Source of the DNA: Eubacteriales Family XIII. Incertae Sedis bacterium
GTDB taxonomy: Bacteria; Bacillota; Clostridia; Peptostreptococcales; Anaerovoracaceae
Direction of reading: 5' to 3'
Assembly (NCBI GenBank): GCA_031276775.1
Contig: JAISML010000104.1
Span: forward strand, 1-35,721
Length of the DNA: 35,721 nucleotides
Positions 16,381 to 25,754 of this stretch are shown piece after piece. The position numbers and the translations under genes are program-made. The notes beneath the pieces are model-generated. The model was not told the DNA's origin. It ran no database searches and saw nothing but the letters and a program-made list of their open reading frames with translations. How positions within the stretch are numbered: the first letter of the stretch is position 1; the number at the start of each line of letters is the position of its first letter.

Positions 16381-18054
16381 ATGCGGAGTGATATAGAGAT
16401 CGCGCAGTCCGCGACGCCGGAAACAATCGACGTCATCGCGGAAAAGGCGGGCATAGACGCCCGGTACCTCGAACATTACGGTCGCTACAAGGCCAAGGTG
16501 GATTACGGCGCGTTGCGGCATGATGCGGGAAAGGCCGGGGACGGCAAGCTGATTCTCGTTACGGCCATTACGCCGACCCCTGCGGGAGAGGGCAAGACGA
16601 CGACCACCGTGGGGCTTGCCGACGGTCTGTCCCGCATCGGAAAGAATGTGATCGTCGCGCTGAGGGAACCGTCGCTCGGACCTGTCTTCGGCGTCAAGGG
16701 CGGCGCGGCGGGCGGCGGCTACGCGCAGGTGATCCCGATGGAGGACATCAATCTGCATTTCACGGGCGACATGCATGCCATCGGCGCGGCAAACAATCTT
16801 TTGGCCGCCATGGTGGACAATCACATATTTCAGGGCAATGCCATAGGCATCGACCCGCGCAGGATCACCTGGCGCAGATGCGTCGACATGAACGATCGAC
16901 AGCTCAGACGGGTGATCAACGGTCTGGGCGGCGTGACGGGGGGCATGCCCCGGGAGGACGCTTACGACATTACGGTGGCGGGCGAGATTATGGCGATCCT
17001 CTGCCTTGCGTCAGACATCGAAGATCTCAAGCGCAGGATCGCCGCCGTCATCGTCGGATACGGGTTCGACGGCGCCCCGATCACGGCGGGGGATTTGAAC
17101 GCGCAGGGCGCAATGACGGCGTTGCTGAAGGATGCCCTGAAACCCAACTTGGTACAGACGTTGGAGCATACGCCGGCCTTTGTTCACGGCGGACCTTTCG
17201 CAAACATCGCGCACGGCTGCAACTCGGTCATGGCGACAAAATTGGCGTTGCGTTTGGGGGACTATGTGATTACGGAAGCCGGCTTCGGCGCCGATCTGGG
17301 CGCGGAGAAATTCTTTGACATCAAGTGCCGGATGGCGGGACTCGTCCCGGACGCCGTCGTGCTCGTGGCCACGGTGCGAGCCTTGAAACATCACGGTGGG
17401 GCGGAGCGCGAAGACCTCGGAAAAGAGGATTTGACCGCCCTTGGCAAGGGGCTTCCGAATCTGTTCCGCCATATGGACAATATCACGGAGGTCTACGGCT
17501 TGCCCGCAGTGGTCGCCGTCAACCGGTTTCCGTCGGATACAAACGCCGAGATAGAATTGTTGGAAGCGGAATGCGCGGAGAGAGGCGTCAGGACGGCGCT
17601 TTCCGAAGTCTGCGCCAAAGGCGGGGCCGGGGGCACGGCGCTTGCGGAAGCGGTGGTGCGACTCTGCGAAACGCCCGGAACTTTCCGGTACAGCTATGAG
17701 GATCATCTCAGCCTGACCGAAAAGATAGAAAAGATCGCGGTCAGGATATACCATGCGGACGATGTGGCCATCGCGCCGGCGGCGCGCAGGGAACTGGAAC
17801 GGATAGAACGGTTGGGCTTCGGGAACATGCCTGTCTGCATCGCCAAGACGCAATACAGCTTTTCGGACGATCCGACCCTGCTCGGCGCGCCGGACGGCTT
17901 TACGCTCACGATTCGCGACATGAAAGTTTCCGCCGGGGCGGGCTTTGTCGTGGCGTACGCCGGCGACATCATGACCATGCCCGGCCTGCCGAAAACGCCG
18001 GCGGCGGAGCGAATCGACGTGGACGCCGAAGGGCGCATATCGGGCTTGTTTTGA
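16381..18054 (+). CDS. fhs: Formate--tetrahydrofolate ligase
   Basis: [21 protein letters not shown]-loop region, [22 protein letters not shown], and the full-length (557 aa) FTHFS pattern. ATG 16381 follows AAGGAG. Confidence 0.95.
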   Translation: MRSDIEIAQSATPETIDVIAEKAGIDARYLEHYGRYKAKVDYGALRHDAGKAGDGKLILVTAITPTPAGEGKTTTTVGLADGLSRIGKNVIVALREPSLGPVFGVKGGAAGGGYAQVIPMEDINLHFTGDMHAIGAANNLLAAMVDNHIFQGNAIGIDPRRITWRRCVDMNDRQLRRVINGLGGVTGGMPREDAYDITVAGEIMAILCLASDIEDLKRRIAAVIVGYGFDGAPITAGDLNAQGAMTALLKDALKPNLVQTLEHTPAFVHGGPFANIAHGCNSVMATKLALRLGDYVITEAGFGADLGAEKFFDIKCRMAGLVPDAVVLVATVRALKHHGGAEREDLGKEDLTALGKGLPNLFRHMDNITEVYGLPAVVAVNRFPSDTNAEIELLEAECAERGVRTALSEVCAKGGAGGTALAEAVVRLCETPGTFRYSYEDHLSLTEKIEKIAVRIYHADDVAIAPAARRELERIERLGFGNMPVCIAKTQYSFSDDPTLLGAPDGFTLTIRDMKVSAGAGFVVAYAGDIMTMPGLPKTPAAERIDVDAEGRISGLF

Positions 18055-18154
18055 ACATGGTCGGGTTTGTGAACCGACCGGCGGACGGCGCGGGTTCCGA
18101 TCGCGCGCGGGGGCGATCGGCGGTCGGTGCGGACGGATGGGAGCGGAGGGAAGC

Positions 18155-18796
18155 ATGACGGAATTTACCGAAAAAACCGTGAAAGAATTCGTGTCGGAAT
18201 TGTCGGACAAAAATCCGACGCCCGGCGGCGGCGGCGCGTCCGCTTTGGTCGGGGCGGTCGGGATCGCTTTGGGGGGCATGGTGGCAAACCTGACGATCGG
18301 GAAAAAACAATACGCGGCGGCGGAGGAGGACATGCAACGGCTCAGGGTCGCCGCGTACCGGCTTCAAAAGGAATTGCTGACGCTGATCGGGAAGGACGCC
18401 GAAGCGTTTGGTCCTTTGGCCGGCGCTTACAGAATGCCGAGCGGCGACGAAGCGGAAAAAGAGTCCAAATGCAGGGTCATGGAAGCCGCGATGAAAGAGG
18501 CGTCGCTGGTTCCGCTTGAGATGATGAAACGGTGTGCGGAAGCCATCGATCTGCTTCGCGAATTTGCGGAGAAAGGGAGCAGATTGGCGGTGAGCGATGC
18601 GGCGTGCGGCGCCATACTCTGCAAAGCCGCGCTGCAATCGGCTTGGCTCAACGTCTGTGTCAATACGATGGGTCTCAGGGATCGGGCGTTCGCCGAGCGC
18701 GTGAACGGGGAGGGCGGCCGGCTGCTGGCGACGTATCCGGCGCTTGCGGATACGATCTACGGAAAAGCGGAGCGCGCGTTCACGAAAGGTTCCTGA
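18155..18796 (+). CDS. fchA: Cyclodeaminase/cyclohydrolase family protein (FTCD C-terminal type; methenyl-THF cyclohydrolase FchA-like)
   Basis: FVSELSDKNPTPGGGGASALVGAVGIALGGMV is the hallmark of the FTCD_C/FchA family. Located between fhs and folD, as in acetogen methyl-branch clusters. ATG 18155 follows GGAGGGA. Confidence 0.8.
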   Translation: MTEFTEKTVKEFVSELSDKNPTPGGGGASALVGAVGIALGGMVANLTIGKKQYAAAEEDMQRLRVAAYRLQKELLTLIGKDAEAFGPLAGAYRMPSGDEAEKESKCRVMEAAMKEASLVPLEMMKRCAEAIDLLREFAEKGSRLAVSDAACGAILCKAALQSAWLNVCVNTMGLRDRAFAERVNGEGGRLLATYPALADTIYGKAERAFTKGS

Positions 18797-18914
18797 CCTG
18801 CGCGGCGCAGAGGGAAGCGCTTCCCGAAACAGTCGGCGGCCGCGGCGCGCGGACGTTTGAACGGTGGCTTTTGATCCGGTTGGCGGCCGGGCGGAGTCGG
18901 TGGAAAGGCGATCT

Positions 18915-19853
18915 ATGACGAGATTGTTGTACGGAAAAGAAATAGCGGAGAAGCGGATTCCGAATCTGCGGGAGAGGGCGGCGGTTTTGCGCGGCGCAGG
19001 CGTTGTTCCGTGCCTTGCTGCGTTCAGGGTCGGGGATCGTGGGGATGATCTCGCCTACGGGCGCATGATCGCCCGTCTCGCCGAAACCGTTGGCGTCGAT
19101 ATGCGCCTGATGGTCATGCCGCCCGAAACGGAGCGGACGCGTTTGATTGAACGGATCGCCGCGCTCAATGACGATCCCTCCGTCCACGGCGTGCTGATCT
19201 TCCGTCCTTTGCCCGAGCATGCGGATGAAAGCGCAGTCTGCGCCGCACTCGATCCGAGGAAGGACGTCGACGGCGTCACGCCCGCGTCGATGGCCGCTTT
19301 GTATGCAGGCGCGCACAAAAGCGCATGCGCATATCACAACAAAGGGGAAAACCGGGGGGAACCGTCCGGCGTTCCCATCCGTTTGAAGGAAGGCTTCGCG
19401 CCCTGTACGGCGGAAGCGGTGGTCGCCGTGTTGGATCATTTCGGCATTGAAACGGAAGGAAAACGCGCCGTGATCATCGGTCGCAGCGCCGTCATCGGCA
19501 AACCCGTGAGCCTGCTGCTTTTGTCGCGAAATGCCACCGTGACGATCTGCCACAGAAAAACCGGAGACCTGCCGCGGCTCGCGTCCTCCTCGGATATCCT
19601 GGTCGTGGCGGCGGGCCTGGCCGCGCGCGGCAGGGATTTTGGCGTCGGGGAGCAGTATTTCAACCTCGGTCAGACAGTGGTGGATGTGGGCATCCACGCG
19701 GACGCGTCGGGGAAACTGTACGGGGACGTGAACGCCGGGGCCGCAATGGGATCGGTCGCGAATTTGACGCCCGTGCCGGGCGGTGTGGGAACGGTCACCA
19801 CGCTGGTGTTGTTGGAACATACCCTGCAAGCGGCGGAGGATGCGGCGCGATGA
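18915..19853 (+). CDS. folD: Bifunctional methylene-THF dehydrogenase / methenyl-THF cyclohydrolase
   Basis: LYGKEIA ..., VHGVLIFRPLP, DVDG, IIGRSAVIGKPVSLLL and TPVPGGVGTVTT motifs. ATG 18915. Carries a ~25-aa insertion between DVDG and PCT. Confidence 0.9.
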   Translation: MTRLLYGKEIAEKRIPNLRERAAVLRGAGVVPCLAAFRVGDRGDDLAYGRMIARLAETVGVDMRLMVMPPETERTRLIERIAALNDDPSVHGVLIFRPLPEHADESAVCAALDPRKDVDGVTPASMAALYAGAHKSACAYHNKGENRGEPSGVPIRLKEGFAPCTAEAVVAVLDHFGIETEGKRAVIIGRSAVIGKPVSLLLLSRNATVTICHRKTGDLPRLASSSDILVVAAGLAARGRDFGVGEQYFNLGQTVVDVGIHADASGKLYGDVNAGAAMGSVANLTPVPGGVGTVTTLVLLEHTLQAAEDAAR

Positions 19854-20680
19854 ACCGGACGGAACTCGGTTGCATACTGCGTCAGGTCGCGGACGGCGAA
19901 ATCTCCCCTGCGGAAGCGTCGGAGCGCATACGGCTTTTTCCGTACGACGACATGGATTTTGCGAAGATCGATCTGAACCGCGAATTGCGGACGGGACGGC
20001 CCGAAGTCATATTCTGCCTTGGCAAGACCCCGGATCAGACGGCGTCCATCATGAAGCGCATGGCGGAGTCGGCCGATCTTATCATCGCGACAAAGGCCGG
20101 ACAGGCGCATTTCGACGCCGCGCGCGCGGCGTTGGACGAGGATTTTTCCGCGGTCGGAGACCTGACGTTGGCGTACCATGCGGTCGCCCGCGTGATCACG
20201 CTCAGACGGCCGCCGCAGGACGGGGCGCCGGACGCGGGGGACGGCGCGGGACGCGGGACGCGGGAACGCGCGGACGCGGGGTACGCCGGCTCTGTCGCCG
20301 TCGTGACCGCCGGAACGGCGGACATCCCCATTGCGGAGGAAGCCGCTTTGGCGGCGGAGTTGTATGGTCAAAAGGCGTTGCGCGTATTTGACGTTGGCGT
20401 CGCCGGTCTGCATCGACTGTTGGATCGGATCGACACAATACGGCGCGCCGACGCCGTCGTCGTCGTCGCCGGCATGGAGGGCGCTTTGGCGTCGGTGGTC
20501 GGCGGTTTGGTGGATCGTCCGGTGATCGCCGTACCCACCTCCGTCGGTTACGGCGCGTCCATGGGCGGATTGACGGCGCTGTTTTCCATGTTGAACAGTT
20601 GCAGTTTGGGCGTGTGCGTCATGAACATCGACAACGGATTCGGCGCGGGTTACCTCGCGTCCGTCATCGCGGAGCGGTAG
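19850..20680 (+). CDS. larB: Nickel-pincer cofactor biosynthesis protein LarB (PurE-like NaAD carboxylase/hydrolase)
   Basis: N-terminal LRQVADGEISPAEA ... DLNRELRTGRPEVIFCLGKT, followed by a PurE-like VVTAGTADIPIAEEA ... VVVAGMEGALASVVGG ... VIAVPTSVGYG. Its ATG overlaps the folD stop (ATGA at 19850-19853). Confidence 0.85.
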   Translation: MNRTELGCILRQVADGEISPAEASERIRLFPYDDMDFAKIDLNRELRTGRPEVIFCLGKTPDQTASIMKRMAESADLIIATKAGQAHFDAARAALDEDFSAVGDLTLAYHAVARVITLRRPPQDGAPDAGDGAGRGTRERADAGYAGSVAVVTAGTADIPIAEEAALAAELYGQKALRVFDVGVAGLHRLLDRIDTIRRADAVVVVAGMEGALASVVGGLVDRPVIAVPTSVGYGASMGGLTALFSMLNSCSLGVCVMNIDNGFGAGYLASVIAER

Positions 20681-20819
20681 CGGACGCCGTGTTTCCCGGG
20701 TCTTGTGACGGGCCGGCGCGAAAAGACCGGCGGTTTGCAAAGTTTTGGGTGGTGCGCGGCGCCGGACGAAAGGTGCGCGAAAAGGACAACCGATAACCTA
20801 TAAAGGAGGCGAACATTCA

Positions 20820-21686
20820 ATGGGCTTGCGCAGGAACAACAAGGTATTGTATTTCGAGTGCAGCGCCGGCATAAGCGGCGACATGGTGTTGGGCGCGTTG
20901 ATCCATCTGGGCGTGGACGCGGAGGAACTCAAGCGGACGCTTGCCGGGCTGAACATCGGACCGTTCAATTTGGTCCCGAATTACGTCAGCAGAAGCGGCG
21001 TGGCGGGCGTCGATCTGCAGGTTCTCATCTACGATGAGCCGCAGCACGATCACGATTACGATCTTGTGGGCGAATCGGAGGATGCCGGCGCAACGCCGCC
21101 TTACCCCGCGGAACACGATCACGAGCATCTCATCAAAGCGCACGACGAGCGTTGCAAACATACGCATACCACCTACCGACAGATCAAATCGCTGATCGAA
21201 AACAGCGGACTTTCCGCCGTTGCAAAGCGTATGGCCGTGGATATCTTCACCGTCATCGGCAAAGCCGAAGCGGCCGTGCACGGCAAGGGTTTGGAAGATG
21301 TGACCTTCCACGAGGTGGGCGCCATGGATTCCATTTTGGACATCGTGGGGACGGCTGTCGCGGTGGAGCGCTTGGGCGCGGAGAAAATCCTATGCGGTCC
21401 CGTGCATGACGGCCAAGGCGTAATCGAGTGCCGTCACGGTCTGATCCCGGTGCCCGTGCCCGCCGTGATGGAGATGCTGAAGGACAGCGACATTCCGATC
21501 ATCGTGGAGACGGAGGTTGCGACGGAGATGGTTACGCCTACCGGTTTCGGCATTTTGAAAGGTTTGAAAGCCGAGTTTCGACCGACCGTAGGTCTCCGGC
21601 CGGAAAAAGTGGGATACGGTTTCGGCAAGCGGGTGACCGGCAGATTCGGCGCGGTGCGCGCGATATTTGGGGAGGAATACGCGTAA
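20820..21686 (+). CDS. larC: LarC nickel-insertion protein, N-terminal (LarC1-like) part only
   Basis: YFECSAGISGDMVLGALIHLG start motif of DUF111/LarC. His/Asp-rich stretch (PQHDHDYD ... AEHDHEHLIKAHDERCKHTH) and FHEVGAMDSILDIVG. Ends at ...VRAIFGEEYA after 288 aa, where full-length LarC normally continues for ~130 aa more. AAGGAGG SD upstream. Confidence 0.8.
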   Translation: MGLRRNNKVLYFECSAGISGDMVLGALIHLGVDAEELKRTLAGLNIGPFNLVPNYVSRSGVAGVDLQVLIYDEPQHDHDYDLVGESEDAGATPPYPAEHDHEHLIKAHDERCKHTHTTYRQIKSLIENSGLSAVAKRMAVDIFTVIGKAEAAVHGKGLEDVTFHEVGAMDSILDIVGTAVAVERLGAEKILCGPVHDGQGVIECRHGLIPVPVPAVMEMLKDSDIPIIVETEVATEMVTPTGFGILKGLKAEFRPTVGLRPEKVGYGFGKRVTGRFGAVRAIFGEEYA

Positions 21687-24370
21687 TGGCGAGAAACTTG
21701 GAAAAGACATACGATCCGTCCGCCTTTGAAAGCAGAATTTACAGGGATTGGGAAGAATCCGGCTGTTTTCACGCGGAACCTGACGACAAACGCAAACCTT
21801 TTGCGATCGTCATGCCGCCGCCCAATATCACGGGCAGACTTCACATGGGACACGCGCTCGATCAGACCTTGCAGGATGTGCTGACCCGTTGGAAACGTCT
21901 GCAGGGATATTGCACGCTCTGGCTCCCCGGGACGGATCACGCCAGCATCGCCACCGAGGTAAAAGTCGCCGATGAGACGCTTGCCACCGAAGGCAAGACG
22001 AAAGAAGAGCTTGGGCGGGAGGCATTTTTGGATCGCGTCTGGACGTGGAAGAAACTGTACGGCGACGGGATCACGGAGCAGCAGCGCCGTCTGGGCAACA
22101 GCTGCGATTGGGCGCGGGAGCGCTTTACGATGGACGAAGGCTGCAACAAGGCGGTCGTTGAGTTTTTCGTGCGGCTCCATGAGAAAGGGCTGATCTACAG
22201 GGGCAACCGTCTGATCAATTGGTGTCCGACCTGCGGCACATCCCTTTCCGACGCAGAGGTGGAGCACGAGGATATTTCGGGCGCGTATTGGTATGTTCGC
22301 TATCCCGCCGCAGACGGCGGCGCGGGGCTTGTCGTGGCGACCTCCCGGCCGGAGACCATGTTCGGCGATGTGGCGGTGGCGGTCCGCGCGGACGACGCGC
22401 GGTACGGCGATATGATAGGCAAATGCGTGATCCTGCCCTGCGTCGGCAGGGAGATCCCCGTCATCGCCGATCCTTATCCCGATCCGGCAAAAGGGACGGG
22501 CGCCGTGAAGATCACGCCGGCGCACGATCCCAATGACTACGAGGTCGGTGTGCGCCACGGCTTGCCGAAGATCGTCTGCATCGATTTCGACGCGCGCATG
22601 ACGGCGGAGGCGGGGCAGTACGCCGGCATGGATCGTTTCGCGTGCAGGGAGGCGTGGGTGAAGACCTTGGACGAAAGCGGCTATTTGGTCAAGACGGAAA
22701 ATATCGTGAGTCCGACAGGAAAATGTTACCGTTGCGGTACGGTTGTGGAGCCCATGCTGTCCGATCAATGGTTTGTGCGCATGGAAGCGTTGGCAAAGCC
22801 CGCCGCGGAAGCCGCGAAGGATGGACGGTTGATCCATGTCCCCGACCGTTTTGGGAAAGTATATCTGCATTGGCTTGAGGACATTCGGGATTGGTGCGTC
22901 AGCCGTCAGCTTTGGTGGGGGCACAGAATACCGGCTTACTATTGCGAAAGCTGCGGGGAGCCGGTCGTCGCGCGGGAGAAACCGACCGTCTGCCCCGTCT
23001 GCGGAGGCGGCGCGTTCAGGCAGGATGAGGATGTCCTGGACACTTGGTTCAGCTCCGCGCTCTGGCCTTTCTCGACCTTGGGTTGGCCCGAACAGACGCG
23101 TGATCTCTCCTATTTTTATCCCACATCGGTGCTTGTGACGGGCTACGACATCATCTTTTTCTGGGTGGTGCGCATGGCGTTTTCGGGCTTGGAATGCATG
23201 GGTGAAATCCCGTTCGGGCACGTGCTCGTGCATGGGCTTGTCCGTGACAGTTTGGGCCGGAAAATGAGCAAGAGTTTGAACAACGGGGTGGATCCCCTGC
23301 AGGTCATCGACGCCTACGGCGCCGACGCCCTGCGCTTCATGCTCATCAGCGGCAGCTCGCCCGGAAACGACATGCGGTATTCGGACGACAAGGTGGAATC
23401 CGCGCGGAATTTCGCGAACAAACTCTGGAACGCGGCGCGGTTCGTGATCATGAATTTGGACGGCGAAGCGGAAATTCCGCAACCCGACGAATCGGTTCTG
23501 CGGCCGGAGGACAGATGGGTTCTCTCGAAAGTCAACGAAACCGCGGCGGAGATCACGCGCAACATGGAGAAATTTGAGCTGTCCCTGGCTTTGCAGAAAA
23601 TCTATGAACTGATCCGCGAAACCTATTGTGATTGGTACATCGAATTGGTGAAAGAACGGCTGTACGGAACGGACGAAACGCAGCGCGGCGCGGCGCGGTA
23701 CGTCCTCGTTTCCGCGCTTTCGGATCTTTTGCGGCTCCTGCATCCCTACATGCCTTTCATCACCGAGGAGATATGGGGCTACCTGCACACGGGCGGCAAA
23801 CTCATTTCGGACAGGTGGCCCGCATACGACGGGGAACTGCGCGCGCGGTACGCGGAGGCTTCCGCGCAGATCGAACTGGGGATGGAGATCATCCGCAGCG
23901 TCCGCAACATCCGCGCCGAAGCCGAAGCGCCGCCCACGCGGAGACTCACCGTGACGGCCGTCACCGCCGATCCGCAAAAGGCGACGGCCATCGCCGCCGT
24001 TTCGGCCCACATCCGGCGGCTTGCGAATGTCGCCGCCATCGTTTCCGTCGATCCGGGCGCGGACGGAGGGAAGGGCGACGGGACTTCCGCGCGGATTCCG
24101 GAGGACGCCGCGTCGGCGCTTGCCGCCGGCGTGGAACTGTATGTGCCTTTGGACGATCTGCTCGACTACCGCGCCGAGCGGGAGCGGCTCGCAAAAGAGC
24201 AAACGAAGCTGAAAGGCGAGATCGACCGACTCGGCGTCAAACTGTCGAACGGGAAATTCCTTTCCAAAGCGCCCGAAGCCGTCGTGCTGGCGGAACGGGA
24301 GAAATTGGCCAAGGCTGAGGACGGCTACGCGAAAGTATTGGCGAGAGCCGAGGCGATACGGGACAAATGA
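21686..24370 (+). CDS. valS: Valine--tRNA ligase
   Basis: PPPNITGRLHMGHAL (HIGH) and KMSKSLNN (KMSKS), with a C-terminal coiled coil. 894 aa. The ATG overlaps the larC TAA (TAATG). GGGGAGGAA SD lies inside the end of larC. Confidence 0.95.
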   Translation: MARNLEKTYDPSAFESRIYRDWEESGCFHAEPDDKRKPFAIVMPPPNITGRLHMGHALDQTLQDVLTRWKRLQGYCTLWLPGTDHASIATEVKVADETLATEGKTKEELGREAFLDRVWTWKKLYGDGITEQQRRLGNSCDWARERFTMDEGCNKAVVEFFVRLHEKGLIYRGNRLINWCPTCGTSLSDAEVEHEDISGAYWYVRYPAADGGAGLVVATSRPETMFGDVAVAVRADDARYGDMIGKCVILPCVGREIPVIADPYPDPAKGTGAVKITPAHDPNDYEVGVRHGLPKIVCIDFDARMTAEAGQYAGMDRFACREAWVKTLDESGYLVKTENIVSPTGKCYRCGTVVEPMLSDQWFVRMEALAKPAAEAAKDGRLIHVPDRFGKVYLHWLEDIRDWCVSRQLWWGHRIPAYYCESCGEPVVAREKPTVCPVCGGGAFRQDEDVLDTWFSSALWPFSTLGWPEQTRDLSYFYPTSVLVTGYDIIFFWVVRMAFSGLECMGEIPFGHVLVHGLVRDSLGRKMSKSLNNGVDPLQVIDAYGADALRFMLISGSSPGNDMRYSDDKVESARNFANKLWNAARFVIMNLDGEAEIPQPDESVLRPEDRWVLSKVNETAAEITRNMEKFELSLALQKIYELIRETYCDWYIELVKERLYGTDETQRGAARYVLVSALSDLLRLLHPYMPFITEEIWGYLHTGGKLISDRWPAYDGELRARYAEASAQIELGMEIIRSVRNIRAEAEAPPTRRLTVTAVTADPQKATAIAAVSAHIRRLANVAAIVSVDPGADGGKGDGTSARIPEDAASALAAGVELYVPLDDLLDYRAERERLAKEQTKLKGEIDRLGVKLSNGKFLSKAPEAVVLAEREKLAKAEDGYAKVLARAEAIRDK

Positions 24371-25749
24371 ACCGGCAAACGCAGCGAAACATAAAATCGG
24401 AGGATCGCATCCGCGCGCTGAGCCGGTTCGGCAGCAGACCGGGATTGGAACGGATGCGCGCGCTGATGGATCGTTTGGGCAACCCTCAGCGCGGTTTGCG
24501 CGTGATACACGTTGCGGGGACGAACGGCAAGGGTTCCGTCTGCCGTTACGTCTATGACGTATTGCGGGCGAACGGCTTCCGCGTGGGTCTGTTCACTTCC
24601 CCTTTCATGACGGATTTCCGCGACGCCGTTGTCTGCAATGATGTCGCCCTGCCGCGCGCGTCATTGGACGCGCACACGGATCGCGTCTTTTGCGCGATCG
24701 ACGGAATGTGCGCCGAGGGACTGGAATCCCCCACGGAATTTGAAGCCATCACGGCGCTGACCCTGCTGTTTTTCCGTGAAGAAGCCGTCGATTTTGCCGT
24801 TTTGGAGGTCGGCTTGGGAGGTGCGGGAGATTCGACAAACATCATAGACGATTGCCTGCTGTCCGTCGTCACGTCCGTTTCCCTCGATCACTGCGCGGTT
24901 TTGGGGGATACCGTCGAGGCGATCGCACGGGAAAAGGCGGGGATTTTCAAAACCGGACGACCGGTTGTGAACGGCGCGATCGGGGCGGCCAAAGCGGTGA
25001 TCGAACGCGCCGCGCGGGAAAAGGGCTGCCGCGTGTTCGATGCGGCCGGAACCGCGCCCCGCGACGTCGTGATCGGTCTCGGCGGAACGACTTTCGGCGC
25101 GGACATAGAAGGCGTGAGGTACGAGCGTCTGCGCCTTTCGGCGATCGGCAGGTTTCAGGCCGAAAATGCGGTATGCGCCCTGTATGCCATTCACATATTG
25201 CGCGAGATATACGGCGTTGCGATCGACGGGGGAAAATTGCGGGAGGGGATGCTTCGGGCCGCGTTGCCCGGCAGGTTTGAACGGATTGATCTACGGACGT
25301 TTCCGGGGCGCGCCGGAAACGTTTTCGGTGAAAGCGGCGCGGCGGACGGAAGGGCGGCCGTCGTGTTCGACGGCGCGCACAACCCCGACGGCATGAGGCG
25401 CATCGCGGAAACGGTTCGGGACGTGTTTCCGCAGGGACGGACGCTCACGGTCTTTTCGGCGCTCAGAGACAAGAACATCGACGAGATGCTCGGTATCTGC
25501 GCCGATTTTTCGGCAAAGATGATCCTGACGGGATCGGAACATGAGCGAAGCGCGGATGCGGAGTCGCTGAGCGGGCGGCTGAACGGGCTCCGGCGCGCCA
25601 ACCGCCGATCGGATGCGCGCGACGCGGCAGTCGCCGATCCGCGGGAAGCTTTTGAGACGGCGCTCGCCGAACGGGGCGATTTCGATCTGATCCTCGTGAC
25701 GGGCTCACTGTATTTGATTCGGCAGCTTCAGCGTTGCCTGAGGGGATGA
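24367..25749 (+). CDS. folC: Folylpolyglutamate synthase / dihydrofolate synthase
   Basis: VIHVAGTNGKGSV P-loop, a Mur-ligase-like middle domain and DGAHNP. ATGA overlap with the valS stop. Classical valS-folC adjacency. Confidence 0.9.
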   Translation: MNRQTQRNIKSEDRIRALSRFGSRPGLERMRALMDRLGNPQRGLRVIHVAGTNGKGSVCRYVYDVLRANGFRVGLFTSPFMTDFRDAVVCNDVALPRASLDAHTDRVFCAIDGMCAEGLESPTEFEAITALTLLFFREEAVDFAVLEVGLGGAGDSTNIIDDCLLSVVTSVSLDHCAVLGDTVEAIAREKAGIFKTGRPVVNGAIGAAKAVIERAAREKGCRVFDAAGTAPRDVVIGLGGTTFGADIEGVRYERLRLSAIGRFQAENAVCALYAIHILREIYGVAIDGGKLREGMLRAALPGRFERIDLRTFPGRAGNVFGESGAADGRAAVVFDGAHNPDGMRRIAETVRDVFPQGRTLTVFSALRDKNIDEMLGICADFSAKMILTGSEHERSADAESLSGRLNGLRRANRRSDARDAAVADPREAFETALAERGDFDLILVTGSLYLIRQLQRCLRG

Positions 25750-25754
25750 GGGAT

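Noticed and set aside
15056-18333. Minus-strand ORFs 15056..16372 (438 aa) and 17011..18333 (440 aa)
   Set aside because: They are antisense to metF and fhs, with the same codon-phase artefact.
21434-24202. 922-aa ORF on the minus strand, antisense to valS
   Set aside because: It is in codon phase with valS (the antisense codons are reverse complements of the sense codons). Stops would therefore arise only where valS uses TTA, CTA or TCA, which this GC-rich genome avoids. The product is R/P/G-rich low complexity with no motifs. It is a shadow ORF, not a gene.
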